Positions 1 through 19,918 of a stretch of 64,000 bases of DNA are shown one piece after another. A program made the position numbers and the translations under genes. Within the stretch, counting starts at the first letter, position 1. Each line of letters begins with the position of its first letter. Below the pieces are notes generated by a model. The model was not told the origin of the DNA. It was given only the letters and a program-made list of their open reading frames with translations, and ran no database searches. The stretch lies in the NCBI RefSeq assembly GCF_009914755.1, contig NC_060946.1; one strand, written 5' to 3'. Source of the stretch: the human T2T-CHM13v2.0 reference genome, Homo sapiens.

Positions 1-529
1 GTTGCCTAGGCTGGAACTCCTAGGCTCAAGCGATCCTCTTGCCTTGGCCTCCCAAACTGCTGGGATTGCAGGCAGGAACCACAGAGCCCGGCCCTTTTTA
101 TTTATTAAGTGAACATTTATTAATGCCAAGAGAATGTCTTTCACTGTGTAAGAAAGAAAATGCTGGAGGACCCTTTTAGTCCAGCAGGGTGTAGTGAGTA
201 ACTGAGTAGAGAAAGCACAGGGTGCGGGATGGGGAAAAAAGGTTGATGAATTGCACTTTGATCTTAGTTAATGCGATATTGAAATTCACTTCCCCAGCTT
301 GTTTTCAAAACTTTTATATTTTTGACAAACACTTTAAATCATACTAAAAACAATAATTTGACCCACTACAGATTGCTGTCCATGCAGTCTTGAACATGTG
401 AGTCCAAACCCTTGGACAGTTTCATATCCTCTCTATAAAATGAACCTGGTAATTCTTGCATCAGGTGCCATAAGTGTTTAAAAATATTTACTAGACACCT
501 GTGATAAGAGCTATAAAATATATAAATTA

Positions 530-855
<326 letters not shown>

Positions 856-1770
856 GTCATTATTCAGAAAGAATCAGTCAGGAAAGGGTGGACAAAACAG
901 GAACAGAAATAAATAGGCATTCCAGAAAAGGGAAAACAGAAAAATACTGTACACTGGTAAGCAGAAAACAGAAAATAACATGGCAGGAATAAGTCCAAAT
1001 ATATAAATAATAAAACATAAATGTGAATGGGTTATATTATCTTCTTAATCATGCTGTTTTGTTTTATGTATGTCTCTTTATAAACAACATATAGCTGGCT
1101 TTGGGGTTTCTCAGAGCTCTCTTTTAAGAAGAGAATATAAATCATTTGTATTTATTTTTGATTATTTATTTATTTGGACTTATTTCTGCCATGTTATTTC
1201 ACATTTTTTGTTTACTATATTTCTCAAGGCAGGAGGATTGCTTGAGGCCAGGAGTTCAAGACCAGGCTGGGAAACATATTGTGACCTTGTCTCTACAAAA
1301 AATTTAAAAAAATTAACCAGGCGTGGTGACTTGCACCTGTAGTCCCAGCTGCTCGGAAGACGGAGGTGGTAAGATCCCTTGAACCCAGGAGTTCGAGGCT
1401 GCAGTAAACTATGAGCTATGATTGAACCACTGTACTCCAACCTGGGAGACAGAATGAGCTCCTGCCTCTAAAAAACAAAAATTTTTTTAAAAAAAAGGAA
1501 AATGACTTACCAGCCATTTTTATGTTTATGGAAATGTTTATGGAAAGAAAGCATATGTAGCAATATTAATATGAGACAGAATTTATCATAAAGGCATTAA
1601 AAGGACAAAGAAGGGTATTTCATGTTGATTGAAGGTACAAGTTACCATATATACATCTTTATGAACATAGCAACATAATTTTGAAATGTATAGGCCTAGC
1701 ATGTCGGCTCACACCTGTAATCTCAGCACTTTGGGAGGCTGAGGTCAGGGGTTCAAGACCAGCCTGGTCA

Positions 1771-3100
<1,330 letters not shown>

Positions 3101-3165
3101 GCTATCTCTACTAAAAATAACAAAAATTAGCTGGGCGTGGTGGTGGGCGCCTGTAATCCCAGCTA

Positions 3166-3708
<543 letters not shown>

Positions 3709-3780
3709 TGAGCCACTGTGCCCAGACAGGCCTATGTTTTTTCAATTAAGAAACATTCTCACTTTTTTTTTTCTTTTTGA

Positions 3781-4086
<306 letters not shown>

Positions 4087-4289
4087 TAAATACCTATAAG
4101 TGGAATTGCAGTATCATATGGTAAATACTATGTTTAAATTTTTTAGAAACTTAGCAGCTTTCCAAAGTGGCTATAGGTTATACCATTTTACATTCCCACC
4201 AGTGATGTACTGCTTTTTTATATTGCTATTATAGATTGTTATTTAACTCTTTCATGGTTGTCCAACTTCTTATTGTTTATGTTGTATGT

Positions 4290-4430
4290 TTTTCCCAACT
4301 GGATTTCAACAAGCTCATTAGACGCAGAAGCTAGGGTTATTCGTGGTTCCATTTTTTGTGTGTTCTGTGCTTACGATAGTGCTGAGTACATACTTGGCAT
4401 TCAATAAATATTTTCGAATGACTATTGAAT
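4290..4430 (+). mobile_element. L2 3' end remnant
   Basis: AGTGCTGAGTACATACTTGGCATTCAATAAATATTTTCGAATGA resembles the L2 terminus. Confidence 0.6.
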
Positions 4431-4774
4431 GGTTACATTATCTGCAATATGCTTTATTTTATTTTATTATATTTTGAGACAGGGTCTTACTCTGTCACTC
4501 AGGCTGAAGTGCAGTGGCATGATGTCGGCTCACTGGAGCTTTCGCCTCCCGGGTTCAAATGATTCTCCCGTCTCAGCCTCCTAAGTAGCTGGGATTACAG
4601 GCATGCACCATCATGCCTGGCTAATTTTTTTTGTTTGTTTGTATTTTTAGTAGAGACGGGGTTTTGTTACATTGGCCAGGCTGGTCTCGAATTCCTGACC
4701 TCAGGTGATCTACCCGCCTCACCCTCCCAAAGTGCTGGAATTACAGGCATGAGCTACCGCTCCCAGCTGAATGA

Positions 4775-5080
<306 letters not shown>

Positions 5081-5129
5081 TGAATGTACTCATTTTAAAG
5101 CACTAAGGCAACAGTTCTAGTTACCTACA

Positions 5130-5966
<837 letters not shown>

Positions 5967-6314
5967 TAGATTTCCCAAGTACCGTCTTTGTTCTCATCAA
6001 TAAGCTACCAGCACTGCTGAGGAACAGGTAGGCTTGAGCAGGACAATTAGAAGTAGGTGGGACCCAGGCACACAATTTTTATCAGTGGCACTTTCTTCTG
6101 ATACCAGGAAAAGAGGTGAGTCATTCCACATTATAGCATCACTATTTTGTGAATGGGAAAATTAAGGTTCAAAGGGAAAAAATAATCAGCTTAAGCATAC
6201 AGATTACATCTCCAGCTTATCTGTCCATCCCTCACTCCTGTCTTACCACTTCCCTGAATTATTCTTCTCTGTTTAGTTTGCCTGGTAAACCCCATTTCTT
6301 CTGTTTGTTTAAAC

Positions 6315-6537
6315 TACAATTTCTCAACCTCAGTGTTATTGACATGTGGGGCTGGACAATTCTTTGTGGTGAGGGGCAGCTCTGTCCCTTGTAGGATGTT
6401 TAACAGTATCCCTGGCCTCTGCCCACCAGATGCCAGTGGCACCCCTCCCCTCCTCCAAGTTGTGACAACCAAAATTGTCTTTGGACATTGCAGAATGTCC
6501 CCTGGGGGCCAAGATCTCCCCCACTGAGATCACTACT
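6315..6537. mobile_element. MER20 (hAT-Charlie DNA transposon)
   Basis: TTCTCAACCT...GGCTGGACAATTCTTTGTGGTG...GTTGTGACAACCAAAATTGTC...GACATTGC...TGAGATCACT. Confidence 0.9.
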
Positions 6538-7713
6538 CTCAAGTCAGGTCAAACACCACTCCAATCTATACCTGCTTTGTTCCCACATGTCCCCCACAAA
6601 CTTCCAACATAACAGCTGCAGCACTGTTACCTGTCTGTATCTCCAGATTACACTGTATGGTCCTTGAAGGCTCTTTGACTCATTTCTGCATCTCCCTGTT
6701 TATTGACTAAATGAATTTTAAAATTGTTCGGGAAGCCAGGTGTGGTGGCTTGTGCCTGTAGTCCTAGCTACCTGGGAGGCTGAGGCAGGAGGATTGCTTG
6801 AGCTTGAGCCCAGGAGTTCATGGCTGCAGTGAGCTATGATCATGCCACTGCACTCCAGCCTGGGCTATAGAGCGAGACCCCATCTCTAAATAAAGTAAAA
6901 TAAAATAAAATAAAAATGGCTTGGGCAAAGAATAGGAATATAATTCAGGAATTCTGGGTCCCTGATGCCATGATTTCAACACTCATTGTAAAGGACTCGT
7001 GTCCTATGCCTTTGCTTGGCATTGTATTTTATAGATTCCAATGCTAGAGTCAAGAGGCAGATTCTAGCAAGGAAGGTATGTTGCTCATTGTTTTAAACAT
7101 ACCAATTAATGGAAAAAGAGGCCGGGTGCAGGTGGCTCACGCCTATAATCCCAGCACTTTGGAAATCCGAGGCGGGCATATTCCAGGAGTTCTGGACCAG
7201 CTTGGGCAACGAAGTGGGACGCTGTCTCTACAAAAAATACAAAAATTAGCCGGGAGTCATGGTGCATGCCTGCAGTCCCAGCTACTTGGAAGGCTGAGGT
7301 GGAAGGATCACTTGAGCCCAGGAGGTCCAGGCTGCAGTGAGGCATGGTAGTGGTAGTGCCACTGCACTCCAGCTTGGGTGACAGAGAGAGACCCTGTCTC
7401 AAAAAAAAAAAAAAAAAAAAGAAGAAGAAAAAGGAAAAGAATGCAAAGAGTTTAGGAAAACCTTTTATATTCTTACAAAGAAAAATGAAAAACTCTTAAA
7501 TGTTTTGGGAGAGAATGAAGAGCAAATTTCTATACAATATTTTTGTTTCCTTGATGGAATCAAAGTTGAGTCAATCTCGCAGAAAATGCTGTGTACCCTC
7601 TTCTCAGTTCTAACTTCCTCGAATGTTGTCATCTTAAATTATTGTGTTACAGCCAGGCGCGGTGGCTCACACCTGTAATCCCTGCATTTTGGGAAGCCAA
7701 AGTGGGTGGATCA

Positions 7714-8061
<348 letters not shown>

Positions 8062-8555
8062 TCATTTTGGTTTGCTAGGACTACTGATCCCGTATTTCCA
8101 ATTTTATTAGTATATTTCTAAAGAAAGACATCTACAAACCGTTCAAATAACGTTGAGACGCTGAGTGTGTGGGCAGGAAATCCTCTTGGTTATGTTGACG
8201 GGTGTTTCCTTCGGTCCTGTGGCTGCCCACCACTTTCTGGAAAAAAAGTTGCAAAACTTCCTGAAGTTCACTTGTGTGCACTTGGGTTCTAAGAAATTCA
8301 GTACCTCTTTGGCATCTACAAAATGCTGCAGTTCATTTGCCCAGTCAATTAAAAATGACACTAAAAGGGCATGACAACAAAAGGAAAAGATTCATTCAAA
8401 AAATGCGAAGATATCGCATGGCTCTTTTTCACTTGGCACTGACCTGGCTCTGCATCTGGTTTTGCTTTTTTTTTTTAAAAGAAAGCACAAACTCTCCATT
8501 GTTGGTAACTATTCTTTATGCTGAGGTTCAAAGGTAGCAAGAGAAGCAAGCTTTA

Positions 8556-8708
<153 letters not shown>

Positions 8709-10095
8709 TTAGCCAGCCATGGTGGCGTGCACTGGTAGTCCCAGTTTCTCAGGAGGCTGAGGTGGGAGAAACACCTGAGTCCAGGAAGTCGAGGCTGCAG
8801 TGAGCCGTGATCATGCCACTGCATTCCAACCTGGGCAACAGAGTGAGACCCTGTCTCCAGAGAAAGAAGTTTAAGTGTTACAAGCCCCCTTCAGTATTCC
8901 TATAAGAAAGAAAACCAGTTCATTGGTACTGAAATTTTAAACTTTTTATTTTGGCATAATTTAAATGTACAGAAAAATTTCTTTTCTTTTGAGACGCAGT
9001 CTTGCTCTGTCACCCAGGCTGGAGTGCAGTGGCACAATCCCAGCTCACTGCAACCTCCTAGTAGAGATGAGGGTTCACCATGTTGGCCAGGCTGGTCTTG
9101 AACTCCTGACCTCATGTGATCCACCCGCCTCGGCCTCCCAAAGTGCTGGGATTATAGGCATGAGCTCAGCCAAATGTACAGAAATGTTTCAAAGCTAGCA
9201 CAGATAATTCTCAGGCACGCCCTCACCCAGTTCCGGTTTCCCCTAATGTTAACAGCTTACACCACTGTGGCACATTTGTCAAAACTGAGAAACCAACACT
9301 GACACATTGCTAGGAACTAAACTCTAGTCTTTATTTGGATTTCACCAGTTTTTCCTTTAATGACCTTTTTCTGTTCCGGGGTCCTGCATTGATGTTAATT
9401 ACTTGGCTTCCGGATAGTACACCTACTTTTGCAGAATGTTTCATGTTTAATTTCAGCAAACCGTATTTATCTGAAGAGCTTAATTTACTCAAGTTCAGTC
9501 TTCTCAGACACACACCCTGGGGCTTTGACTGCAAAATGGTAACAACTGATCCCTCCCTCCCCCTTTGGTGAGGTGGCTTAGGCTTTAGGTGATGCTGAGA
9601 ATTTGTGCATGATCTGGCTTGTAGGAGACTGAATTTCCTGAGAATGAATTAGGGACTCTCAGCATTTTAAAAAATATCCTGTTTTTGTTTTGTTGTTTTG
9701 TTTTGAGACAAAGTCTCACTCTATCACCCAGGCAGGAGTGCAGTAGCGCAATCTCAGCTCACCACAACCTCTGCCTCCTGGGTTCAAGTGATTCTCCTGG
9801 GTCAGCCTCCTGAGTAGCTGAGACTACAGGCACCTGCCACCATGCCCGGCTAATTTTTTTTTTTTTTTTAGTATTTTTAGTAGAGACGGGGTTTCGCTAT
9901 GTTGGCCAGGCTGATCTTGAACTCCTGACCTTAAGTGATCAGCCCGCCTAGGCCTCCCTAAGCACTGGGATTACAGGCGTGAGCCAATGTGCCTGGCCAA
10001 AATATCCTCTTATTTATAGCTGACTTTGCACATCTGATATTCATGTGGGATAAGATAGCAAGCTGTACTTTTTCTGTTCTTTCTTTTTTTTTTCC

Positions 10096-10412
10096 ATGAA
10101 AACAACCAGGATTTATGTGGTTCCAAGAGCCAGCTGGATAAAATATAGACCCATTCTGTTTTGTTGAATAAAGGTGATATGAGAAGAAAAAACCTCCAGG
10201 AACAGAGGAAGAAGTATAATTATGTTTGCCTCAGAGAAAACCGGGAGAGAAACCATTCATCTTCCATTCATTCGTCTTCCATTCCCGGACCTTGGAAGAG
10301 TAGTCACTGTAACATGGGGGCTAGAAGCATTGGCTTATGAAATAGACAGGCATAAGTAGGTTTTCAGCTCCACCACCTAGCTAGGTAACCTTGGACAAGT
10401 TGCTTAACCTCT
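10096..10412 (+). repeat. Left arm of a ~320-bp inverted duplication
   Basis: Reverse complement of 11987-12308; about 33 differences by hand alignment (~89%). Confidence 0.95.
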
Positions 10413-10520
10413 TTGAGCCTCAGTTTCCTTGTCTCCAAAATGAGGGCTGAGCTTTGAATAAGATCCTGTATTTAACACAGCACATGACATAGAGAAAACA
10501 CATATTTGTTACCTATTATT
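10300..10520 (+). mobile_element. MIR
   Basis: MIR core GGTAACCTTGGACAAGTTGCTTAACCTCTTTGAGCCTCAGTTTCCTTGTCTCCAAAATGAGG. Confidence 0.85.
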
Positions 10521-11986
10521 ATTTCCAAAGACAGTCCACCCTAATTACCAACAGGCATTCCCAAACTCTTCTTAGTCTATCATTAATCTCATCCTTTCTT
10601 CTATCTTTAGATATTTGGTAGCCAAGGGCTGGGCGCAGTGGCTCACGCCTGTAATCCCAGCACTTTGGGAGGCTGAGGCGGGTGAATTACTTGAGGTCAG
10701 GAGTTGGAGACCATCCTGGCCAACATGGTGAAACCCCGTCTCTACTAAAAATACAAAAATTAGCTGGGCATGGTGTCGTGCACCTGTAATCCCAGCTATT
10801 CGGGAGACTGAGTTAGGAGAATCATTTGAACCTGAGGAGGCAGAGTTTGCAGTGAGCTGAGATCGCACCACTGCATTCCAGCCTGGGTAACAGAGTGAGT
10901 GAGACTCTGTCTAAAAAAAAAAGAAAAAAGGAATTTGGTAGGAAAGAAGTTTGACAGTTCCCAGAGGTCTACGTGAAACAGTAGGGTACTCATGTCTTCA
11001 AAATATGTCTAAGTATGTATAAAATTTGATCACTGGTCACAAGCAGAAATGGGGTCCACAAAGCAGGAAAAATGTCACAGCGATGAACCTTGGATAAGCT
11101 TTCTCCAGTTGCTCCCTCCTCCAAACTGGAAAGAAAATTTCCATCTGACCAATGAGTGGGCTGGACCTGGTCACAGGCTGCCAAGTATCTGCCCTGTTAG
11201 TGTGACCTGGAACAAAATTCCCAGCAGAGGACAGCAAACATTTGCTGAGCACACAGACCTGTGACCCTCCTACATGAAATTCTAGGGGCAGGGTTTGAAT
11301 TACGCCATAACTGGGGCTTGGTGGCTTATGGGGAAGTGCTCTATACTAAACAAAGTGTGTGAGGCAGTCAGGCCTGGGAAAGAAGAGGTTGGCATCTACA
11401 ATTTGAAAATGTGACTCTGCTGTTTTATTTTTATTTTCAGAGACACTGTCTTGCTCTGTTGCCTGGACTGGAGTGCAATGCTGCAATCATAGTTCACCAT
11501 AACCTCAAACTCCTGGGCTCAAGTGATCCTCCCACCACAGCCTTCCAAGCACACTGCCATGCCCAGCTAATTAAAAACAATTTTTTTTTTTTGGTAGAGA
11601 TGGGAGTCTTGCTATGTTGCCCAGGCTGGTCATGATTTCCTGATCCCTAGTGATCCTCCTGCCTCAGCCTCCCAAACACACCACCACACCTAGCTAATTT
11701 TTTTCTTTTTTCTTTTGTTATTATTCAGCTCTCTTTATAACTGGCTTATTTTTATTATTTTTTGTAGAGAAGGGGTCTTGTTATGTTATCCAGCCTGGTC
11801 TTAAAATGTGACTCTGTTGTTTTATACAAAACACAATCATTTTCCATTTGAAAACAAGTTGTATTTTCCAGCATAAAATTCCAGATTTATAGACTATATT
11901 ATAGTCCTTAGGACCCATAATGTGTTTCCAAAAAATACTTGCCAATGTCTGTACTTTCAGTGATCTGTAACCTCTTGGAGTAGTGG

Positions 11987-12308
11987 AGAGTTTAAGCAAC
12001 TTGTCCAAGTTTACCTAGCTAGGATGTGGTGGAGCTGAAAACCTACCTTTGCCTGTCCACTTCATAAGCCAATGCTTCTAGCCCCCACATTACAGTGACT
12101 ATTCTTCCAAGATCTGGGAACGGAAGATGAATGAATGGAAGATGAATGGTTTCTCTCCCAGTTTTCTCTGAGGCAAACATAATTATACCTCCTCCTTTGT
12201 TCTGGGAGGTTTTTCTCTTCTCATCTCCCCTCCATTCACCAAAACAGAGTTGGGTCTATATTTTACCCGGCTGGCTCTTGGAACTGCATAAATCCTGGCT
12301 GTTTTCAT
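11987..12308 (-). repeat. Right arm of a ~320-bp inverted duplication
   Basis: Reverse complement of 10096-10412. Confidence 0.95.
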
Positions 12309-13293
12309 TTTTAAAAAATTATGAGATTAACTACCAAACTTGAGATGTAAGTTGTGGGTTAGCTCTCGATTCTGCTAGATAACCTGGAACAAAGCATTAA
12401 CTTCTTTGAGAGCTTCCTTTTTTTTCCTTCATTGCTGTTGTGTGTTTCTACCAGAAAATGTGGGAATGTGCGTGAAGACGACCTAGCAGAGTGCCTGGCA
12501 CACAGGAAGGAGCTTGTTGAATGTATAGTTCCGGGCTCCAAAACAAAGGCAGCCCATCTTAGCCTGAGCCACTCTGACTTCACTCTAGGAAATACTGCCT
12601 AGATATCTAAAGGAAAGTGATAGCAACTGCAACCAACTGTTTCTGAGGTCTGCCTGCCCACCAATGGCCCCCTCAGCACATGGGAACATGTGTGGAGGTG
12701 CCTGGAACAGACACTGACTCAGCGGGGTTCTGTACAGAGGCAGTGTGGGTGAAGAAATGAATGCAGATTCCCCAACAATCCAGAGGTATATGCAAGAGGA
12801 GGGGCAGGGGTTCTTTCAAGTCACCTTCCAGGTGACCAGGTGCCTTTACAACTCTAAGGCTCTGTGAGTATGTTTTTTTCTTACCTTATGGAATAAAGGG
12901 AAAAAGAAGACAGCTGCCCTGGGTATGGCTTTGGGTCGGAATAAACATTTCTCAAATTGAAGTGTTTCAGCAATGTCTTGAAAAATCAGATTTGTTCAGG
13001 ATTGCTGGAAGTGCATTATTTGATTCTAAGTTTCACTTAAAAGTCTTGGGGAAGGCCAGGTATTGTGGCTCATGCCTGTAATCCCAGCACTTTTAGAGGC
13101 CAAGGCAGGCGGATCGCTTGAGCCTAGGCATTCAAGACCAGCCTAGGCAACGTGGTGAAACCCCGTCTCTACAAAAAATACAAGAATCAACTGGGCGTGG
13201 TGACACATGCCTGTAGTCCCAGCTACCGGGGAGGTTTGGGTGGGAAGAGGGAGGATGACTTGAGCCCAGAAGGCTGAGACTGCAGTGAGCTGA

Positions 13294-13605
<312 letters not shown>

Positions 13606-13865
13606 TAGAGATGGGGTTTCACCAGGCTGATCTCAAACTCCTGACCTTAGGTGATCTGCCTGCCTCGGCCCCTCAAAGTGCTGGGATTACAGGCGTGAGC
13701 CACCGCACCCAGCCGAAAACACAGCTTTATAAAGGGATTCCTCTGGCCTGGTGCAGTGGCTCACACCTGTAATCCCATCACCTTGGGAGGCCAAGGCGAG
13801 TGGATCACCTGAGGTCAGGAGTTTGAGACCAGCCTGGCCGACATAGTGAAACCCCGTCTCTACTA

Positions 13866-14171
<306 letters not shown>

Positions 14172-14681
14172 TCACCTGTGCTCTATCATTTGCATTCAAT
14201 GCTTTTTTATTTGGTGTCCAGAAGCTGGGTCATGACAACTGCAATAAATTGATATTTCTAGCATCATGATCGTAACCACTGCCAGAAAACCTTGGATTTG
14301 GGGTCATGCATTCATCCTGAACACTGATGCCTTTATCTTGCTCTCGGGGGACCAGAATCCAGAAGAGGAGAGAGACATGCAAATAGTTCCAATGCAGTGT
14401 AACTGTCACCATCCCTAAGTGGTGGTACTGAGGAAAGAGAAAGACACCTAACTCCCCAGGGCCATCAGGGAAGGCTTCGTAAAGGAGAGGATGTTCAAAT
14501 AGGCTTTGAAGGATGAGTAGGAGTTTGCACAGAATTTAGCTTCTTTTCTTCATGCCTCTTTTCCCTGCCAAAGAAGCTAGAAGCCACCTGCACCTGAGAT
14601 AGAATCTCAAAAAAGCAATAACAGTTCATCTAGTGCTAAAAATTACTTGAAACTAAAGAAAAAAATATATTCAGCCTTTAA

Positions 14682-15122
<441 letters not shown>

Positions 15123-15139
15123 TAATATTTCTCTTTTAA

Positions 15140-15434
<295 letters not shown>

Positions 15435-15475
15435 TGACCTTAATAAACAACTTGTTTTAAAAATGGGAGGCAGGA

Positions 15476-15483
15476 TGTGTGTA

Positions 15484-15538
<55 letters not shown>

Positions 15539-15540
15539 AA
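15476..15540. repeat. Compound (TG)n(AG)n microsatellite
   Basis: Seen directly. Confidence 0.95.
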
Positions 15541-16535
15541 GAATATCCTTCCCCCACCTCTGCAATTGGCCTTAAATTTTACACACTCACCACCCCTACT
15601 TCCCTGCTTTGATGCTGTCCCTAAAGCAGTGGGAAAGAGCTTCAGGTCTCTGAGCTTGACCAGTGTTTCAGCTCTCCCTTGGAGTCCCGGGAAACGTATC
15701 TCTTGGGATCAGGAGCTGGGATGGAACCCAGGGCTCCTGAGATGGGACAAAGCTATGCTCTGTGCACCTGTCTTGCCTCCTCACTTTGTACAATGAGGTA
15801 GGCAACCTTTTGTATTTCCTCTTGTTTTCTTTCCTCACCCCACTTGGCGTGGCAGCCATAAATCCAGTTTCCTCCTTGGCATTTCTTAAATGTGTTCTGC
15901 CTGAATTAAAAACTGAAAGCGGGGAGGCCCAGTAGACCTTGAAATGTTCAGCTTGCTTTCTGTCCTTGGCCACTGGCTTGACAGGTCCCACAAGCTCTCC
16001 TGGGAGAGTGAGCAGCTGACGAAATCCCAGAGGCCCTGAAACCTCCCTTCCAGTAAGTGCCCATGTTTGCATATCCTGGTTCAAGAATAGGAACTGCTTG
16101 ATGGAAACTGATCAGGGAGCTAAAATTACTGATTAAGTGGATTTGCTTCCAGCTGCAGGCAGTGGCCTTCCTGAGAAAGAGGGAATCTGTAGGGCTGTTT
16201 TTACAGATTAAGATCTGCCTTGTTTGTTCACTTTCTATTTCTAAAAGTTCTTGGAACCCTTTTCTAGGAAGAAGCCAGGTAAAGTCAGAGTAGGGAAAAA
16301 CAGTAAGCCTTGTTTTTGTCCTCTATACTTTAAAGCTTCCTTTATTTTCAAAGAGACATACATGAGATATCTGAAATAAGTCAGCTTTAGGAAGGATAGC
16401 TAACGAATGTTGGATGTATGCTAGGCACTGTGTGAGCACTTGGCATCCATTCTCTCTTTGGTTCCCGCAAGTTAGGAATTGGCCCCTTTTCTCAGAGGAG
16501 AATGAGGCCCTGTGAGGTTAAGCTGATGACCATGA

Positions 16536-16847
<312 letters not shown>

Positions 16848-18010
16848 TAATTTGCATTTGATTAGATAGAAACTGAAAACTCATGTCAAGGTGTCTGAAA
16901 CCAGCAAAAGAATGTTTTTTCATCTTTGTCCCCATTCCTTGGTTGGAGGGGGTGCTGGGTGACATTTGCTGTGCAAACAATAGCCCAGAAGCCGGGCAGA
17001 GTCCACACCTAGCTGAATAAATAGCACCTGAAGGCCCTGGCAGGGCATGCAAGCTCCCCAGGGGTGCCTTGCTTTGAGAGACAACCATGAGAATGTGCCC
17101 TTGGACTGGAAGCCAGAAATCCAGAGCTGTAGTCCTAGTTCTACTGTTATTAACACTTGCACCTCTCTGTTCCTCATCTTTGAAGTGAAGAAAACCAAGT
17201 TGATGATGTTTGAGGCCTGAGGCTGCAGGGGTCAGTTTGACTTAGGCAGTGCAGCCTGGTGGTTAGGCACACACAGAGTAGAATCCAGTTGCCTGGGGTC
17301 CAGTATGAGCTTCATGGCTGGACAAGGTGGCTCATACCTGTAATCCCAGCACTTTTGGAGGTCAAAGTGGAAGACCAGAGTGGACAACAGAGCAAAACCT
17401 CATTTCTACAAAAAATAAATAATTAGCTGGGCAGGGTGGTGTGCACTTGTAGTCCCAGCTACTTGGGAGGCTGAGGTGGGATGGGAGGATTACTTGAGCC
17501 CAGGAGTTCAAGACTACAGTGAGCTATGATCACACCACTGCACTCCAGCCTGAGTGACAGAGCAAGGTCCCGTCTCTTTTTAAAATTTTTTTCTGAGACA
17601 GAGTCTTGCTCTGTTGCCCAGGCTGGAGTGCAGTGACACAATCTCATCTCACTGGAACCAGGTTCAAGTGATTATCCTGCCTCAGCCCCCTGAGTAGCTG
17701 GGACTACAGGCAAGCACCACCACAACCGGCTAATTTTTGTATTTTTAGTAGAGATGGGGTTTCACCATGTTGACCAGGCCAGTCTCAAACCTCAAATGAT
17801 CTTCCCACCTCGGCCTCCCAAAGTGCTGGGATTACAGGTGTGAGCCACCGCACCCAGCCAAGACCCTGTCTCTTAAAAACAAACAAAAATGGCCAGTGTA
17901 GTGGCTCACGCCTGTAATCCCAGCATTTTAGGAGGCTGAGGTGGGCAGATCACCTGAGGTCAGGAGTTCGAGACCAGCCTGAACAACATGGAGAAATCCC
18001 GTCTCTACTA

Positions 18011-18169
<159 letters not shown>

Positions 18170-18522
18170 TCAAAAACAACAACAACAACAACAAAAAACT
18201 GCTTTGGGCTGGGCATGGTGGCTCACACTTGTAATCTCAGCACTTTGGGAGGGAGGCAGCCTGGGCTCAAGTGATCCTCCCATGTCGGCCTCCCAAATGT
18301 GAGCCATTGTGCCTGGCCCCAAATACCACATTTTTAAACAAAGAAAGATCAATACTCTTGGTGTTTCCTTTTGCTGCAGGGTCTGATGTGGTGTGTACAG
18401 CACTGCTGTCCTGAGTCCCTTGGGGGCCTCTGTATTAGACGTGGCATCACATGCCCCCAGCTAGTGTTCATCATTATCTCTCATGTGTGGTTTCTCCTTC
18501 CCCTTCCCATCAAGACCTTCCA

Positions 18523-18630
18523 TGGGGACCAATTGGCCTGTGTGCCCAGGACTGAGGGGTTTCCTGGGATGGGGGATTTTCAGTGCTTAAACTGGGACAG
18601 TTCCAGCAAAGCAGGATGGTTTGTCACCTG
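18523..18630. mobile_element. MER94-like hAT MITE
   Basis: CCCAGGACTGAGGGGTTTCCTGGGATG...TTTCAGTGCTTAAACTGGGACAG...GGATGGTTTGTCACCT. Confidence 0.75.
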
Positions 18631-18697
18631 ATTAGAGAAAAAAGCAGGGACTGGAATTTTTTTTTTCTTTTTTCTTTCTTTCTTTTTTTTTTTTTGA

Positions 18698-18862
<165 letters not shown>

Positions 18863-19531
18863 TGAACCTTTGTAACTCTCAAGCCACTTGATAGCCCTCA
18901 GTAACTATTATTGGCCAAATTTGTCCTTTTTGGCAGAGCACCTGGCAGGGACTCAGTACATCCCTAATCAGTTGCTCATCTGAGGCACAGAAAGGTTAAA
19001 AGTGATGCAGCCAGGACCTGCTGGCAAATCCCCATGGCTCCAGCACCAGGCCTGTCTGGCTCCTGAACCTCTGACCTACTGCTGCTCATCCATATCTATC
19101 TCCTGAGACCTCGAGACATGAATCCACCTTGGGTAACCTGTAAAGACTTATTTGCCTAAAACCTGCCCAGGAGTCTTAATGTCCCCATCCCGTTTTAATA
19201 GATGAACACTTTGCTTTTGGAAACTTTCTGTTCCTTGGATATTGATGGTCATATTGCTTCTGGAATCATTACAGTGTGCCTTCAGCCAAAAGCAGAACTG
19301 GAAACATCCTAAGTGGGCCGGTAACGAGGCTAGCTCTGTCGACTAGTTCAAGACCCCTGAGCGCTTTGGGCCTGAGGTTCCTCAGCTTCCAAGTGAAAGG
19401 CTTCGACTTGGCATTCTAAGAGACAATCTCTGTGACCATCAGTTTCCTCATCTGTAAAACTGGCATCATGATAACTTTGAAGGTAATTGTGAAGATTAAA
19501 GGGAGTCATGCATGTAAACCACCTTGCATAG

Positions 19532-19918
<387 letters not shown>

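Noticed and set aside
6420-6440. CTCF-like CCACCAGATGCCA in MER20
   Set aside because: Core G-to-C mismatch; part of the transposon consensus, so no locus-specific evidence
9456-9545. Possible exon (TTTCAG...AAATG/GTAACA)
   Set aside because: Weak donor, translation not recognisable, no partner exons
11218-11237. CTCF-like CCAGCAGAGGACAGC in the spacer of the inverted repeat
   Set aside because: Mismatch at a near-invariant G of the core and no upstream module
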